64,000 nt of DNA from Octopus sinensis (GCF_006345805.1 NC_042997.1:108748001-108812000), one strand, 5' to 3'; numbered from the stretch's first letter, positions 41,571 to 55,041 are shown. Notes: generated by a model not told the origin, from the sequence alone. A program made the numbers and translations.

Positions 41571-41820
41571 ACAGTGATAGCATCAACAATGCCAACATCG
41601 ACATCACCATCACCACCACCACCACCACCACCACCACCACCACCTCCACCACCACCACCTCCACCACCATCATCACCACCACCACCACCACCACCACCAC
41701 TATCATCATCACCACCATCATCATCACCACCACCACCACCATCATCATCACCACCATCATCATATCACCCCCCCCCAACCACCATCATCCTCACCACCAC
41801 CATCATCACCAACAACAACT
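41040..41820. repeat. Compound (CAT)n/(CAC)n trinucleotide tract, ~780 bp
   Basis: Directly visible. Confidence 0.95.
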
Positions 41821-42487
41821 GTTGTTTCAGCTTAATATGATTTCATGACCAGTTGTTATTACACTAACCAAAATGTCTGATTTGATTCGCTCAGTTTCTG
41901 TCTGCTCTTAGATTTCTGTTTTTCAGTCTCTTTTATTCAAATATATTTTTCCAATAAAATAAAATACTCCAACAAATGATAAAAATAAATACGCATAATA
42001 AATAAAACATACACATACAAATAATCAGGAGTCGCCATATTAGCCACTACAAAAGTTACAGCAAGATTAACGACCATTAACTTCCGGTGTCCTGCCAACA
42101 ACATTTTCTTCTTAAACACCAGATAAACCCAAACATTTTGTTCGCCTTTTATTCGCTTTCCTTTCCTTTTCTTTTTACTGCCGCCACAAAAAAATAAAAC
42201 TCTTTCATCTTTCTTTTTCTTCCGTTTTGAACAATTCTTTCTTTCTTTCTTTCTTTCTTTCTTTCGCTCACTTTATTATTCTATCTTTGTCTACTTTTCT
42301 CTCTTTCCCCCTCTTCCTTCTCTCTCCTCTCTCTTTCTCTAAATATGTATGTTTGTGTACGTATGTACACAAACCCATACACACAAGCATACACACACAA
42401 ACACACATATATAGTTATTAGTACCGTTATGGTTAAACGGAATAATAAAATACATATAAACACACACAAGTATGATATATGAGATGT

Positions 42488-42528
<41 letters not shown>

Positions 42529-42919
42529 ATGTGTGTATATGTATGTGTGTAAAATGATTTATTTGAATTCTTTACATCATTCCTTCTAGCCAACCCACCC
42601 CTCCCTTCATCTCCAGCAGAACTCTCAAGACAGTTGGTAAATCTTCTGTGTTTAGTTTACCAAATTTATTATCATCTCTTTCACTCTTTCACAAACATTC
42701 TTCTTTCTATATATGTTTATTTTACAGCTTGTACTGATTTTATTTATTGGACGGGGTTTTCAAAGGTTTTAGCCAATCATATTAACTCCATAGTAACTCC
42801 ACTTATTTTACCAGTATCTATTTATCGAATTGTTAAGTTGTAAAGAGATGCAGATTTATAACGCTATGTACAAATAGGCAAACATAGACGCACAAACACA
42901 CATTCACATATATAATATG

Positions 42920-43072
42920 TATACGACGGGCTTCTTTCAGTTTCCATCTACCAAATCCACTCACAAAGCTTTGGTCGGCCCGAGGCTATTGTAGAAGACA
43001 TGCAATAGGACTGAACCCGGAGCCATGTGGTTGGTTAGCGAGCTACTTACCACACAGCCACACCTGCGCCTC
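42920..43072 (-). mobile_element. SINE family A, 5' half
   Basis: Reverse-complement match to the family A head. Confidence 0.8.
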
Positions 43073-43075
43073 GCC

Positions 43076-43109
<34 letters not shown>

Positions 43110-43182
43110 ATATATAATATAATATAATATATAATATAATATAATATATATACCTACATATACCTACATATACATACATACA

Positions 43183-43218
<36 letters not shown>

Positions 43219-43327
43219 TACACACATTTATTAAAGCTGCAATTAAAAAGCATATTACTCTACTTTCGGTATTCGAGTACTGCTATTTTCACTTTGTGTA
43301 TTTGTGTGCTTGCTCGTGTGTGTGTGT

Positions 43328-43380
<53 letters not shown>

Positions 43381-43384
<4 letters not shown>

Positions 43385-44307
43385 GGTATGTAGAAAAATA
43401 CAACATGGACAAGAACGTATAACTCTTAGAAGACGACACAATAAACACGGACAGGACACTCGAAACCCTCAGTCTTCAGTCAAGAACCGGATCATCGTAG
43501 TAATTTCGGCTGATTAATCTTGAGATTACTAGATCACGGCCAGCCCTCCAAGAAAAACTAAGCAACGAGCATTAGAAAAACTAAGCTGGAAGCGTAGATT
43601 TCTGGAAGAAGGATCGAATGCATACGAACACCAGGACAGCAAAAGGGACAGATATAAAAAAAACAAAAAACAATAATGGAATACAGAAACATGAAATACA
43701 GAAGCATTAACGGTGAAAACAACAAGTGTCTTACGACTGATAACAAGCAAACAAATTTTTTCTCTGGCGCATTGGAAGAAGCCTTTATAGCGGCGGACGA
43801 AAAACAACGATGTTAACACGACGAGGGTCAGGAGCTGAAAGGCAGATTTCGGCCAACAGTCACGTGACAGAGAAGAGGGAAAAGAAAAGAAAGAGAAGCA
43901 AAGGAAGAGAGAGAGAGAGGAGGGACAAACGCAACAAAGAGAGAGAAAGAAGGAATCAGAGAGGAGAAGGGATGGGTGTCGAAGAATGACCTGTGAGTGC
44001 AGAGCGAGACAAAGAAATAGGAGGGTAGTGGAAGACTAGACCAAAGAATCAGAGGAAAGAGAAGAGAAAAAGAGGATGAGTAGAGGGAAAAGAGAGAGAG
44101 GGGGACAGATCAAGTAAAAATGAGAGAGAGAGAGAGACAAACAGAGAGTCGTACCAATTATTAAGAATATGTGCTCACATTAATGATAAGGGGGGTACGG
44201 GGCGCCTGGAATATATGTTAAGGTATGTAGAAAAATACAACATGGACAAGAACGTATAACTCTTAGAAGACGACACAATAAACACGGACAGGACACTCGA
44301 AACCCTC
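43381..44307. mobile_element. Non-coding element bounded by 90-bp direct repeats (PLE pLTR-like)
   Basis: 43381-43470 appears identical to 44218-44307; GA-rich interior; TA-rich flanks. Confidence 0.6.
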
Positions 44308-44487
44308 TATATATCTTTAACATGTTCTTGAGAATGTATATTTATGTTGTAATCTTTTGTGCCCAATATTTTAAGGAACTTGTCAAACTTTTTTATTTCC
44401 TTAATATCTCCTTGTTACCAAAGACTGTATATATGTAATGTAGCATTTTGTAACAATCAATAATTAACGCAACCAAACTTCTACATG

Positions 44488-44532
44488 TTACTTTTGACAA
44501 TCTTTTTCCAAAGAGTCAAACCGGTAAAGTAA
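44488..44532 (+). ncRNA. Decayed hammerhead motif
   Basis: uuacuu-UUGACAA-ucuuu-uucc-aaaga-gu-CAAAC-CG-GUA-aaguaa; stems kept, core mutated. Confidence 0.5.
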
Positions 44533-44611
44533 ATAAACATCTTTTAAAATTGCATTTTCAAACCTTCCGTATATAATTCCACTCGTGCGGTACCCTACAA
44601 CTCCACTTTGT

Positions 44612-44642
<31 letters not shown>

Positions 44643-44697
44643 GGACCGCCGAAATCTTAAAGTGTTTTTCATTCCCTCTGTTTCTTTTCTCTTATTC

Positions 44698-44732
44698 CTT
44701 TCTGTTGAAGAGCGAAGGCTCGAAATGTAAAA
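44698..44732 (+). ncRNA. Hammerhead-like motif in a PLE pLTR (44645-44825)
   Basis: uuu-CUGUUGA-A-GAGC-gaag-GCUC-GAAAUGUA-aaa; same family as 1024-1061. Confidence 0.6.
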
Positions 44733-44824
44733 CACTTTTTCATTTTCCCGAGCGTCAAACTAATACACTTGCTTGTTGTTCGTACACCTATCTTCGTCTT
44801 TAGTTCTTCTATAAATTTCAACTA

Positions 44825-44923
<99 letters not shown>

Positions 44924-45655
44924 AAATAATAGTTTAAAACGTTGGAGGTATTCAGATGTGATTACATCTTTCGCCGCGGAAAGAGTCCCGCGAGAAAAGT
45001 TACATATACACACGCGCGCGCACGTATGTATGTATGCATACATGTATGTATGTAAGCGTACTCTTCAAATGGAATGCTACGTATCCGCGACTTGAAAGCT
45101 TCATTTGTCAGTGTATTTGAGGAACCGCCGAAGTCACAGTCACCTTGCACTTCGTGTACATAAGGATTTTAGACGCTACGAGTCATTTACCATATGATCC
45201 GATGCTTTTAAGATTTCTTCTGATAGAAACTCAAAATACAACGTACACTCACAGACACACTCACACACAGTCACACACACGCACGCACGCATGCGCGCTT
45301 ACACACACATCATTAATTCAGAGAAAATATATCAAATTTCGAGATCTGAATCTAAAATTATCACATTCAGATTTAAGTTGCTTTGGAAATTTCTTTAATC
45401 TTTCATCAGAAAATAAAAGCTCTTCAAATGTTGGATGAAAAACTTTCTAACGACTATCTTTTGAAAAATTTCACTCCGACATAGAGAAAAGCTTTTGGCC
45501 TGACGAAGGCCCAAAGTAATTTGCTAAGAAACTAAAAACTAAAAAAACATTAGCTAATTTTTCTGTACCAGAAATGAAATACTTTCATTGCATCGATATT
45601 ATTTCGCCTCTATATCGCCGTTCACTACATTTTGACTTCTCAATCTCTCTTACTC

Positions 45656-45881
45656 TGTACATTATTTACATTTGACGAGTATATGTCCTCATCCTGTTTG
45701 TTGTTAACACAACGTTTCGGCTGATATACCCTCCAGCCTTCATCAGGTGTCTATGGGGAAATTTCGAACCTGGATTCTCATTCCTAAGACACCCGATGAA
45801 GGCTGGAGGGTATATCAGCCGAAACGTTGTGTTAACAACAAACAAGATGAAGACAAATATCCGTCAAATGTAAATAATGTA
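45656..45881. mobile_element. Palindromic cassette: two inverted ~95-bp arms, each carrying a hammerhead
   Basis: Minus 45751-45706 gacac-CUGAUGA-A-GGCUG-gaggguauau-CAGCC-GAAAC-GUU-guguu; plus 45788-45833 is the same with CCGAUGA. Confidence 0.85.
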
Positions 45882-47107
45882 AATAATGTACATAATGTAC
45901 ATAACTCCTCATCTCTTAAATATAGAACTCTCCTTCACTGTTTGCATATAGATACAAGATGATTGCTTAATTTTGTCAGACGAGAACTGTCCCAAATTCA
46001 GTGTCATTGTTCGGATTTACTTTCCATCACCAGAGGACTTCATAAAATACGCATCAAGAAGTGAAATGATTGTGTACCGTCTGTACGTCACTGGATTTAA
46101 GTGACAAAACCTTGAACAACACTTTTGTCGCTCGAGGTTCCAGTGACAAAAACTGCAAGATGACTGGAACTATTTTGATTGCAAGTTTTATGCCAAACAG
46201 TCTTTCTCTAAGAAGCTCTGCTTTACTCACGGCTTTGCGTAAAACAACTAGAATTTTCTCTGTGCTTGGCAAATCTATTTAACTCGTAAATGGGATCATG
46301 GTGGCAGGCAGTACATATATACACACACACACACGAGCGCGTGCACATTGAATATTATACTCCATATTGATCGTAAGTAGTAAATAAAACACCAGAAACA
46401 AGAAAGAGGATGTCTAACAGTCCGCCGCTAAACTGAAATACATCAGTAATATTTCACGTGAAAACAACAGATATACATTGTCTAATTTGTGTGAAAACTA
46501 TAGATACGCATTATGCAAAGGTAGTTGTAAGAGAATCACCAGCTTTGTAGCCCATTCTCTTTATTCTGGCTCATAGATAAATTTCTTTCCTCTTATAATG
46601 TATTCCTGCATAAAGAAAGTCTTAATACTTCAATTGTTTTATAGATAATCATCTTTTTGTATCACTTGTCGGGGGAAGGAGAGGCAAGGCGCAACAGCTT
46701 TGGTTATATCCTTACGAACATCAGAAAGTTTCAAACCTGTTTGGTTTGAAAATCTCTGATTGTGTCTTTGAGTGACTACACACACACACACACACACTTA
46801 CACACATACACAGACACACAAACAAATACATATCAGCTCACACACGCATACGCACACACACAAATATAAGTATACTAAAACAAGCAAACACACACACACA
46901 CATACTTATACACAAATATACACACACAAACGCACAAATGCACATACAAACACACACACGCAAACTTACATACAAATATGCACAAATACGCGCACAAATA
47001 CACACACAAATACACATACAAACACACACACAGACACTCACGCATACAAACTCACACACAAACACACACACTCATAGCATTGTCAAACTTATTCGGTTGA
47101 ATGAATT

Positions 47108-47300
47108 TGGCGAGCTGGCAGAATCGTTAGCAAGTCGGACAAAATGCTTAGCGGCATTTCGTCCGACTTTATATTCTGAGTTCAAAATGCCCCCGAGCTC
47201 GACTTTGCCTTTCAACATTTTGGATCGATAGAGTAAATACTTGTCAACGTAATCGACTTATCGCCCACCCCGAAGTTGCTGGCCTTGTACCAAAATTTAA
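47108..47300 (+). mobile_element. SINE family B copy
   Basis: ggcgagctggcagaatcgttagc...gagttcaaaat. Confidence 0.75.
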
Positions 47301-49089
47301 AACCAGTATTTGGTCGAATGGCAAAGATACTTGAACATCACCACGGCCTCTGTTTCACTGACCATCACTACAACTTCTATTTCACAGACATATTCGTCTC
47401 TCTCTCTCTCCAGTCCCACTATTACTACAATAGGTCCATGCTTCTCTACACACCTGTACTGCCACTCAACCCCAATATGTTACACCCTACAAACCCGCTT
47501 CTCTTCTTCGTAAACACCGCTACGTACTCTAAGATACTCTCTCGTCCCCAGTTTCCCGCGCTAAATTACATCCCAAATGTTTTGATTCCAGGATGCAAAC
47601 TTATAAAACAAACCAGTCCTCGTCCAACAGTGTTTCTGCTGGCTTTAACTTATATTTCCTTACGAATATTAATTTATCCACAAATGTCCAGCCTGAGCTT
47701 CACTAACATTAATGCTAACAACCCAGGGGAGACTTTAATAGCAGGAGACCTGCCGCCACATGCCATGCACACCTTGTTGAAGGACCTGGGGGTTTCTACT
47801 GTCAGGAGGTAAATTGTGATAAATGCGACGTGTTGACCTTTGCGACCTCTGTTCTGCTCTTCAAGGAAAGCTTCGTCCCGGCCCATGTCTGGGTGAGACT
47901 ATCACTCTGCTCGAAAGTCTTTTTCTTTCTTATTCTCTTACCTCCCCATTTACCCTCTCCTCTCTCTCCTCTCCCTTCTCTCTCTCTTTTCCACTCATAC
48001 AAGCATATACATTTAATAGATTAGCTTCCATGATATGTTATAATTTTGTTGGTGAAAACGCTAAAGATCAAATATGATGTTAAAAAATAAAAAAAAAGAA
48101 ATATTGTTTAGAGACAAATATTTTTACAGCGGTAAATATGGGAGATAACTCTGTGCATTTCATTCTTGTTTGAGTTCTTTTGCAGAAATATGATTTCACC
48201 GTTCCTGGAATGTTAGCGAATGAATCTGTCTGTCTGTGTGTCTGTCTGTTTATTGTTGGTGATCAGAAAGAGAGAAAGAGAAAAAAAATTCCTTATGGTA
48301 AACAATTCTCATGTGCCATCCTCCCAGAAAACGGTTGCTAAGTGGGTGAAAGCATTTTTAATGGTCCCTATCTAGTTAGCTGCATGTGTTTACAGATTAG
48401 ACTCCAAATGTTAGAGGTGAAACGTTAATGTGATGTTAAAACATTTCTAAAACGTTGTACAATCTACTACCAATACCATGGCTACCACACACACACACAC
48501 ACACATTATATACATGTGTGTGTGTGTATATGTATACACACATGTGTAAATATATATATATAAATATATAGCTCCCTCTCTCTCTATATATGTATATAGA
48601 TAGATAAATGTATGTATTTGTAAATATGTGTGTGTAAATATACGCACACATGCATTTATACATATACCATATGCATATATATATTTGTTTATACACATTA
48701 TAGATACAGACAGATGTACGGATGTGCCTGTGCCGTCAGTTGCATATATCAGGTTTTATATCATATTTCTTCGAAGTGCCTCACGTAAATAAAATATAAA
48801 AACCTTTTAATTACAGACACATGCGCCGACAACTAAAATGAATGAAGCTACCTTCCTACTTGATATTTCAAGCTCTGTTCCCACCTAACTATCTACCCAC
48901 GTATACACATACATGCATATATTCTTATTCACGTATATTTTTAACATATATACATATATACACACACATACATGTAAACATGCATTCAAACATATCTACA
49001 AACTTGTGTATTACACAAATATATATATATGAATACACACAGACACACTCACACACAGACACATACACACACGCATGCACTTAAATATA

Positions 49090-49400
49090 AGGGCCGCATC
49101 CTAGTGACTGATACCGCTATCCAGGATCAGAAAATACTTCATGTCCCCTAAACTTTCGATATTCTGAGCTTTAGCTTTGATGTAGACCGGACGGAATATT
49201 ACTCTTCCATCGGGGTCAGTGCCGCTGAGTCAGTACCTCTGCTGACATTTTAGTCTGCATCCACAAAATAGCCGTTCGAATGATTAACATAAAATCTCTC
49301 ACAAGGCTTCACCAATCGCTGACGCGCATGCGCCCTGTCTCTGTTTATTTTACCACTACTATAATGGCCTCTACTCTTCAATGGTGGCTGGGCTGTTCCA
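49090..49400 (+). mobile_element. Decayed LINE 3' ORF fragment (L2/CR1/Jockey group)
   Basis: RIRKYF, EYYSSI, DILVCIHKIAVRMINIKSLT, FYHYYNGLYSS. Confidence 0.55.
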
Positions 49401-50219
49401 AAATGGAATGAGTAGGCCTGAAATAGAAAACAAAGACAAAAGAAAATCATTAATTTATCGGTCTGCTGCGGAGGTGATGCGAAACCTTGGCTCTTGTAAC
49501 TGTAATTTCGTCGACACAGTTAAAACATTCCAGCTGACTGGATACAAGTGAATTTACTTTGGGAAACTATTTCATATTTTATCAATAGTTATTAGTTCCT
49601 GGTATTTGTTTGTATGTATGTATGTATGTATGTATGTATGTATCTACCTACCTACATACACACATACATACATACATATATATTTATGTATGTTGATATT
49701 AATTGTGGTATCATAATTCACCATAGTTGTTAGAGTATAATAGAAGTTTTGTAATATAAATTCGCTCAAGTTTATGTAATAGCAATTTTCTTTCTCTTCA
49801 TTTCTCCACAGTTTTTCATTCAATTTTATGTGATATCGTTTCGCTTCTATACTTCCTTTTTAAACATGTTATAAATTTAATTAAAACACTTTCAAACTTA
49901 TGTGTGATATATAAATTTTCTTTCATTTTTCATATTTTTTCTTCACTGCACTGTATTTTTCGACAGGGAAAAATTAGTTTATCTATCAATTTACTAAATT
50001 TTGACACGTGTAACATTTTTTCGGTATCTTCTTTATTCTATTTTGTTTCATTTTTTTTTATAGAGTTTTTATTTTCGTACCAATTTAATCTGATATGAAG
50101 TTGTTTACAGTCTCTCTTTTTCTTTCATAGCGTTATTTGTTTGAACTTGTATTAAAATTTTAGTTTTATATACAAATTTTGTCTATTAACTCTTTAAAAT
50201 GTTGTTTGCAAAGAAATCT

Positions 50220-50645
50220 AGTCATTTTCTGTCTCCTCGACAACTCGATGCCAAAATTGATGGGAAGTATAAATTCTTGGAAGTCAAATGCTGTTAGCGA
50301 CAATAAAAGCCCAGATAGGAAATATACGTGGGAGAGCAACAATATCACGGGCCCAGAAATACAAATTAAGAGTAGACTCTGCCCCGCCTCCAGCGAATGC
50401 TTCTTTTTAATTCAAGAACTAACCAGTGTTTCCTGCCTTGTTTCGCGCCATATTTAGAAAATCAGTATTTAAAGTTATTAAGAACATTGATATGAAAGAA
50501 CTTCTAGCCCCTGCCAATTTCAAGCAGAAGTTGGTCTTGTCATCCACCAGAGGCATGAATAAAAGTAAGGAACTACCGGAGGAAACGAAGAGGTGGAACC
50601 GAGGGAGGTGACGAACATTGAAACATACTGTTTTTTCCATGGTTT
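50220..50645 (+). pseudogene. Heavily decayed piggyBac-like transposase fragment
   Basis: Across frames: GKYKF..., EIYVGEQ, KQKLVLSSTRGMNKSKELPEE (compare LTLVGTxRKNKRELP). Confidence 0.4.
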
Positions 50646-51339
50646 AAATTAGAGAAAAAGGATCAGTACTTGCTCAGGAAATTTTGAAAGGGCTCTGAAG
50701 CAGGTGGGAGAATGTAATCACAGCCCATGGGTTACTTTTTAGACTAGCAATCTTGCCTGAATACTCATATTACAGCGACATCTGCTAAAACAGCTGAGGA
50801 TCCGGTATGGCGCGGCGGGAGGAACGTTAAACAGTGTAACAGGTTAAGTCTGCCACCCAGAAAATTTCACCACGGTTAACTCCACCTGTGTCATAAACAC
50901 ACCGTATAAAGGAAAGAAGTACCCTTGATGACGAAAAATAACAGCGGTCAACCTGTTGATGTTTTAATCTACCAGAAGACATTCAAAATGAATAAATACG
51001 TTATTGTTTCTATTCCCACTGTTCTGTATGCTTCTCATGAATTATTGCCGAGAATCTTTACAATCAAATATATTATTTTGCCTGAAATATATCCTCACAT
51101 AGTTCACAAATATTTCTACATCAAGAAACTCAGCTTCGCGAAGGGTGGCCAGCTTCTAAGAATGAAGTAGAGACTAAAATATTTTATAAAGACGGATGTA
51201 ATTTTAAAACGTTGTTTGTCAATACAGAAATATCGGTTATTTTTCTGCCAGAAATGAATAAAATAATATTTTCTATTCCGAAACACAAGTAAATGCCATG
51301 GGAATTAGTAATGTTTTTTTTACCTTATACGACTTTCAA

Positions 51340-51391
<52 letters not shown>

Positions 51392-52031
51392 ATGTACGCG
51401 CGCACACACACACAGAGATACAGACACAGACAGACATACACGCATACTCTCTTTTCTCTCTTTCCTATGCATACACTGCAAACATACACAAATTGAAATT
51501 AAACAAACAGCAGACTATACACGTACAAAACACACACACATACACACACTCACACACACACACACACACGGGCGCGCACACACACACATATACACAAACA
51601 CAAACACACAGAGTCACACATAAAAAAACAAAAGAGCCACAACCGTAGTTCTAAAACAACTATGAATACACACTTTTGAACAGCTCACACATACACACAC
51701 AGATCTTAAATAAGTACGCACGTTCATACTTGAATAGCTCTCATACACACACACACATATATATATCTTCTCGCGTGCTATTCTGTGCTTCTATTGCCCA
51801 AGCTCATAATCTCCCAACTGCTACAAACACTTGAACGAAACTCCCTCCATATAAAACTAACGTACGCTACACTCTGTTTATCTCCCTTGCTGTTCTGACA
51901 TGCATGAAACCTTTTTTTTCCAGCTCACTTCCGATCATTTTCATAAATGGCGCTGATGCGTTATACATGCGCGGACATCTTTCAGTTCGTTTTTTTCTTA
52001 TTTTTTCTTTTTAATATCTTCCTGTTTCATC

Positions 52032-52065
52032 TTTCTGAAAAAGAGATTTCCTCCGAAACGTTAAA
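52032..52065 (+). ncRNA. Decayed minimal hammerhead motif
   Basis: uuu-CUGAAAA-agag-auuuc-cucc-GAAAC-GUU-aaa; similar to 26134. Confidence 0.45.
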
Positions 52066-52389
52066 ATAAATTTTCGTTTCTCAGCATGAATCTGCTGACC
52101 ACGATTTTCTTATATTTTATCCTGTTTTCCGTTTTTATATTATGGGTATTATTACATTCTGTGAAACAAATAAAAAATAAATGATAAAACCACGAGAGCT
52201 ACCAAGAAACAAGACTTTATTCCGATAACATAGAACTCTGGAGATCCGCAAGGAATTAATTTTTCGAGGCGTTGTAAGTTGCTTCTTGTTTGTTGAAGAT
52301 CTTTTGTGTAAAGTTATCGAGATGATTGAGAAAGCGATAATCTGTAGGAGAGAGATCCGGAGAGAAAGTCAGGTGAGATAAAGTTTAGT

Positions 52390-52615
52390 ATAAAGTGATA
52401 GCATGTTGTGAAATTAATGTGACAGTCTTATAAAAGGGAAGAATGCTACTGTTATTTAACCCTAGGAAACACCGTTCCCTGTTGGACTTGATACATTTCC
52501 ATAAGGACACAGGTAAAGTCCAACAGGAAACGGTGTTTCCTAGGGCTAAATAACAGTAGCATTCTTTCCTTTCATGGGACTGTCACATTAAGTTGACAAC
52601 ATACCATCACTTTAT
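52390..52615. mobile_element. Foldback MITE with ~100-bp arms
   Basis: ataaagtgat...tgtgacagtc...ccctaggaaacaccgtt vs aacggtgtttcctaggg...gactgtcaca...atcactttat; a related single arm lies at 57670-57760. Confidence 0.75.
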
Positions 52616-53334
52616 CGTGCTTTTACTGCATAAATCTCTCTTATAGAGATTTAGAAATATATCATTTCTATTTCCAAAGTTTAGTATGTCTTGTTTAATG
52701 TCGTGGAGTGGTTTATGTGACAAGCAGTCGAGTGTTACGATGGAGAAGAATCGGTCGTTCTATACTGAACAGTATTGGAGATAAATGCTGCAGTTCTTGG
52801 TACATTTTGTTGATTCCATGGAAATACTTTTTTGTTCGAATAGTTTCAGTAGGATTCATGAAATATTTGGATTATTGTACTTGTTGACCACTAGAAATTG
52901 ATTTCTCTTGGAGCAGCTTCAGTTTAGGAAAGTGGTTCGGTTTTTCAACTCGGTCGATTCTCAGCGTAGAATCTCATCGTAACAGAATTCACTTTTCATT
53001 ACGTTTCAAAATGTGACCAAGAATTGGATCGTTGTTTATTGCGCGAAAGAAACACAGAGCAAACTTCGTAATAGCAAATTATTATTTTTATTGAGCTCTG
53101 GTAGCAACCATTTGTTGAGCGTTTTGAAGTCCCATCGGGGTATAAATGTCAAATGCCCACAAAACAATAAAAAAAATCTATTGACTATCTATCGTTTAAT
53201 TTTATTACAGTCTTCAGTTGTTTTCCATGGATTAGATTGGCACCACGGATGAATTTCAGTTTGTTAATCAATGTCTACTTTGTCAATTGATGAAAGTCAG
53301 TCTCGACTTTCCTCATATTCAAAGCTTTAGTTTC

Positions 53335-53830
53335 CATCCGTCTATCCGTCCATCCATCCATCCATCCATTCATCCATCCATCCATCCATTTTTTCTCGCT
53401 CATTATATCTGGATTATTGGAGAAGAGTCCTCAGGCATCCCCTTCGTAGGGTCCTATCAAAAGCCATCGTCATTACACTTTCCTGAGGAGTTCCCAGGTA
53501 TGATCAACTGAATCTATGGATATTATTCAGCAATTTCGTTCTTGGTCTACCCCTTGGTCTCCTGTCGGTTGGCTTCAATATTTCTTGTGGTGATTATTTC
53601 CTACAACATTCTAATCACGCGTCCATAGCGCCATATCTGTGACCTCTCAATGCAGAGAAGTAGCAGTACGACTTGGAGAGACTCCCTGAGCTATGCATCT
53701 TGTCCAATAATGTTATTCCATAGGAACCGTATTTCGACCGTTTGCATTTTGACCCCAACATTCATGACCATAAACGAGGATAGACACGAAAACCGAACTA
53801 AAAGTAGCTTTCGTATCCCTCACAAATTTT
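53335..53830 (-). mobile_element. RTE/Expander-like LINE 3' fragment with (TGGA)n tail
   Basis: MQTVEIRFL, IERSQIWRYGRVIRM, KGRPRTK. Confidence 0.65.
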
Positions 53831-54134
53831 CGGAACAAATAATGAGCGACGTCATTCGTTGGCGGTCATTTGGTCAAATACTTGGTTGATATTGCGACCA
53901 GTTTACGTTGCTTTGTTTTCCATTTTGAACTTAGAACAAAAAATAAAATCCTGGCGGTTTTACTATCTTTCATTTGATGGCCTAAAATTAAAAGACAAAT
54001 AACAAGAATTGACATTAAAAGTAAAGCCATTAGCATAAGTTCTTTTTTTTTGCGTTCACAGTCAAATAAAAGTTTATTTTAAAATAAGCATTAATATTTA
54101 GATTAACAAAACTCTATTATTTTCGCACCTCCCT

Positions 54135-54236
<102 letters not shown>

Positions 54237-54260
54237 ATATATATATATATATTATATATA

Positions 54261-54316
<56 letters not shown>

Positions 54317-55006
54317 TCACTTTCACAAAAAAAACCTCATTTACACCTCCAGACACGGACATACACTCTCTCGCTCGCACACACACAGGCACCCTCTCTC
54401 TCTCTCGTTCGCTCTCTCTCCTCCTACGCAGCCACACTCGCACGACCATACGAAAACACACACATATGCAACCCTCCCTGCACACGCACTCACACACATG
54501 CGCACTCAAGCATGCATTTATTCAAATAGATACGTTCCCACAACAGATCAACATTGGAATATGCACAGACACTTAAACACACGAAGCACAAGCACAGGTA
54601 CACGCAAGCATATACATACGCACACACACACACACACTGACATATATACATACACACACACACACATTCATTTATTCATGTAGATGCATATTGAAAATAA
54701 ACGCACATTGAACTCTGAGCACCATAAAATCACAAATGCACGCAGTTCTAAACACACAGGGACACAATAATAAAGATACGTACTCACTAACATTCGTTTA
54801 TTTAAATATTGACAAATGCTAAACCGTACGTGAATATTGGAGCATAAAGACACGCATGCGCACACACAGACCTTTGCATTCACACATACATGTTTATATA
54901 TTTATTCAACTACACACCTACACAAACCAACTGGCCCATAAAACGCACACACATGACGGGAATATATAAATGCACACACACATAAACACACACACACACA
55001 CACATG

Positions 55007-55041
<35 letters not shown>

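Noticed and set aside
40797-41840. Poly-Met/His/Pro ORFs
   Set aside because: Read-through of a trinucleotide repeat, with no splice or domain context
47276-47920. 178-aa ORF
   Set aside because: It starts within a SINE and has only a faint resemblance to a PLE linker region (HPTN); not supportable as a gene
52700-53280. Possible decayed retroelement ORF (also 61380-61800)
   Set aside because: Too degraded to assign by eye
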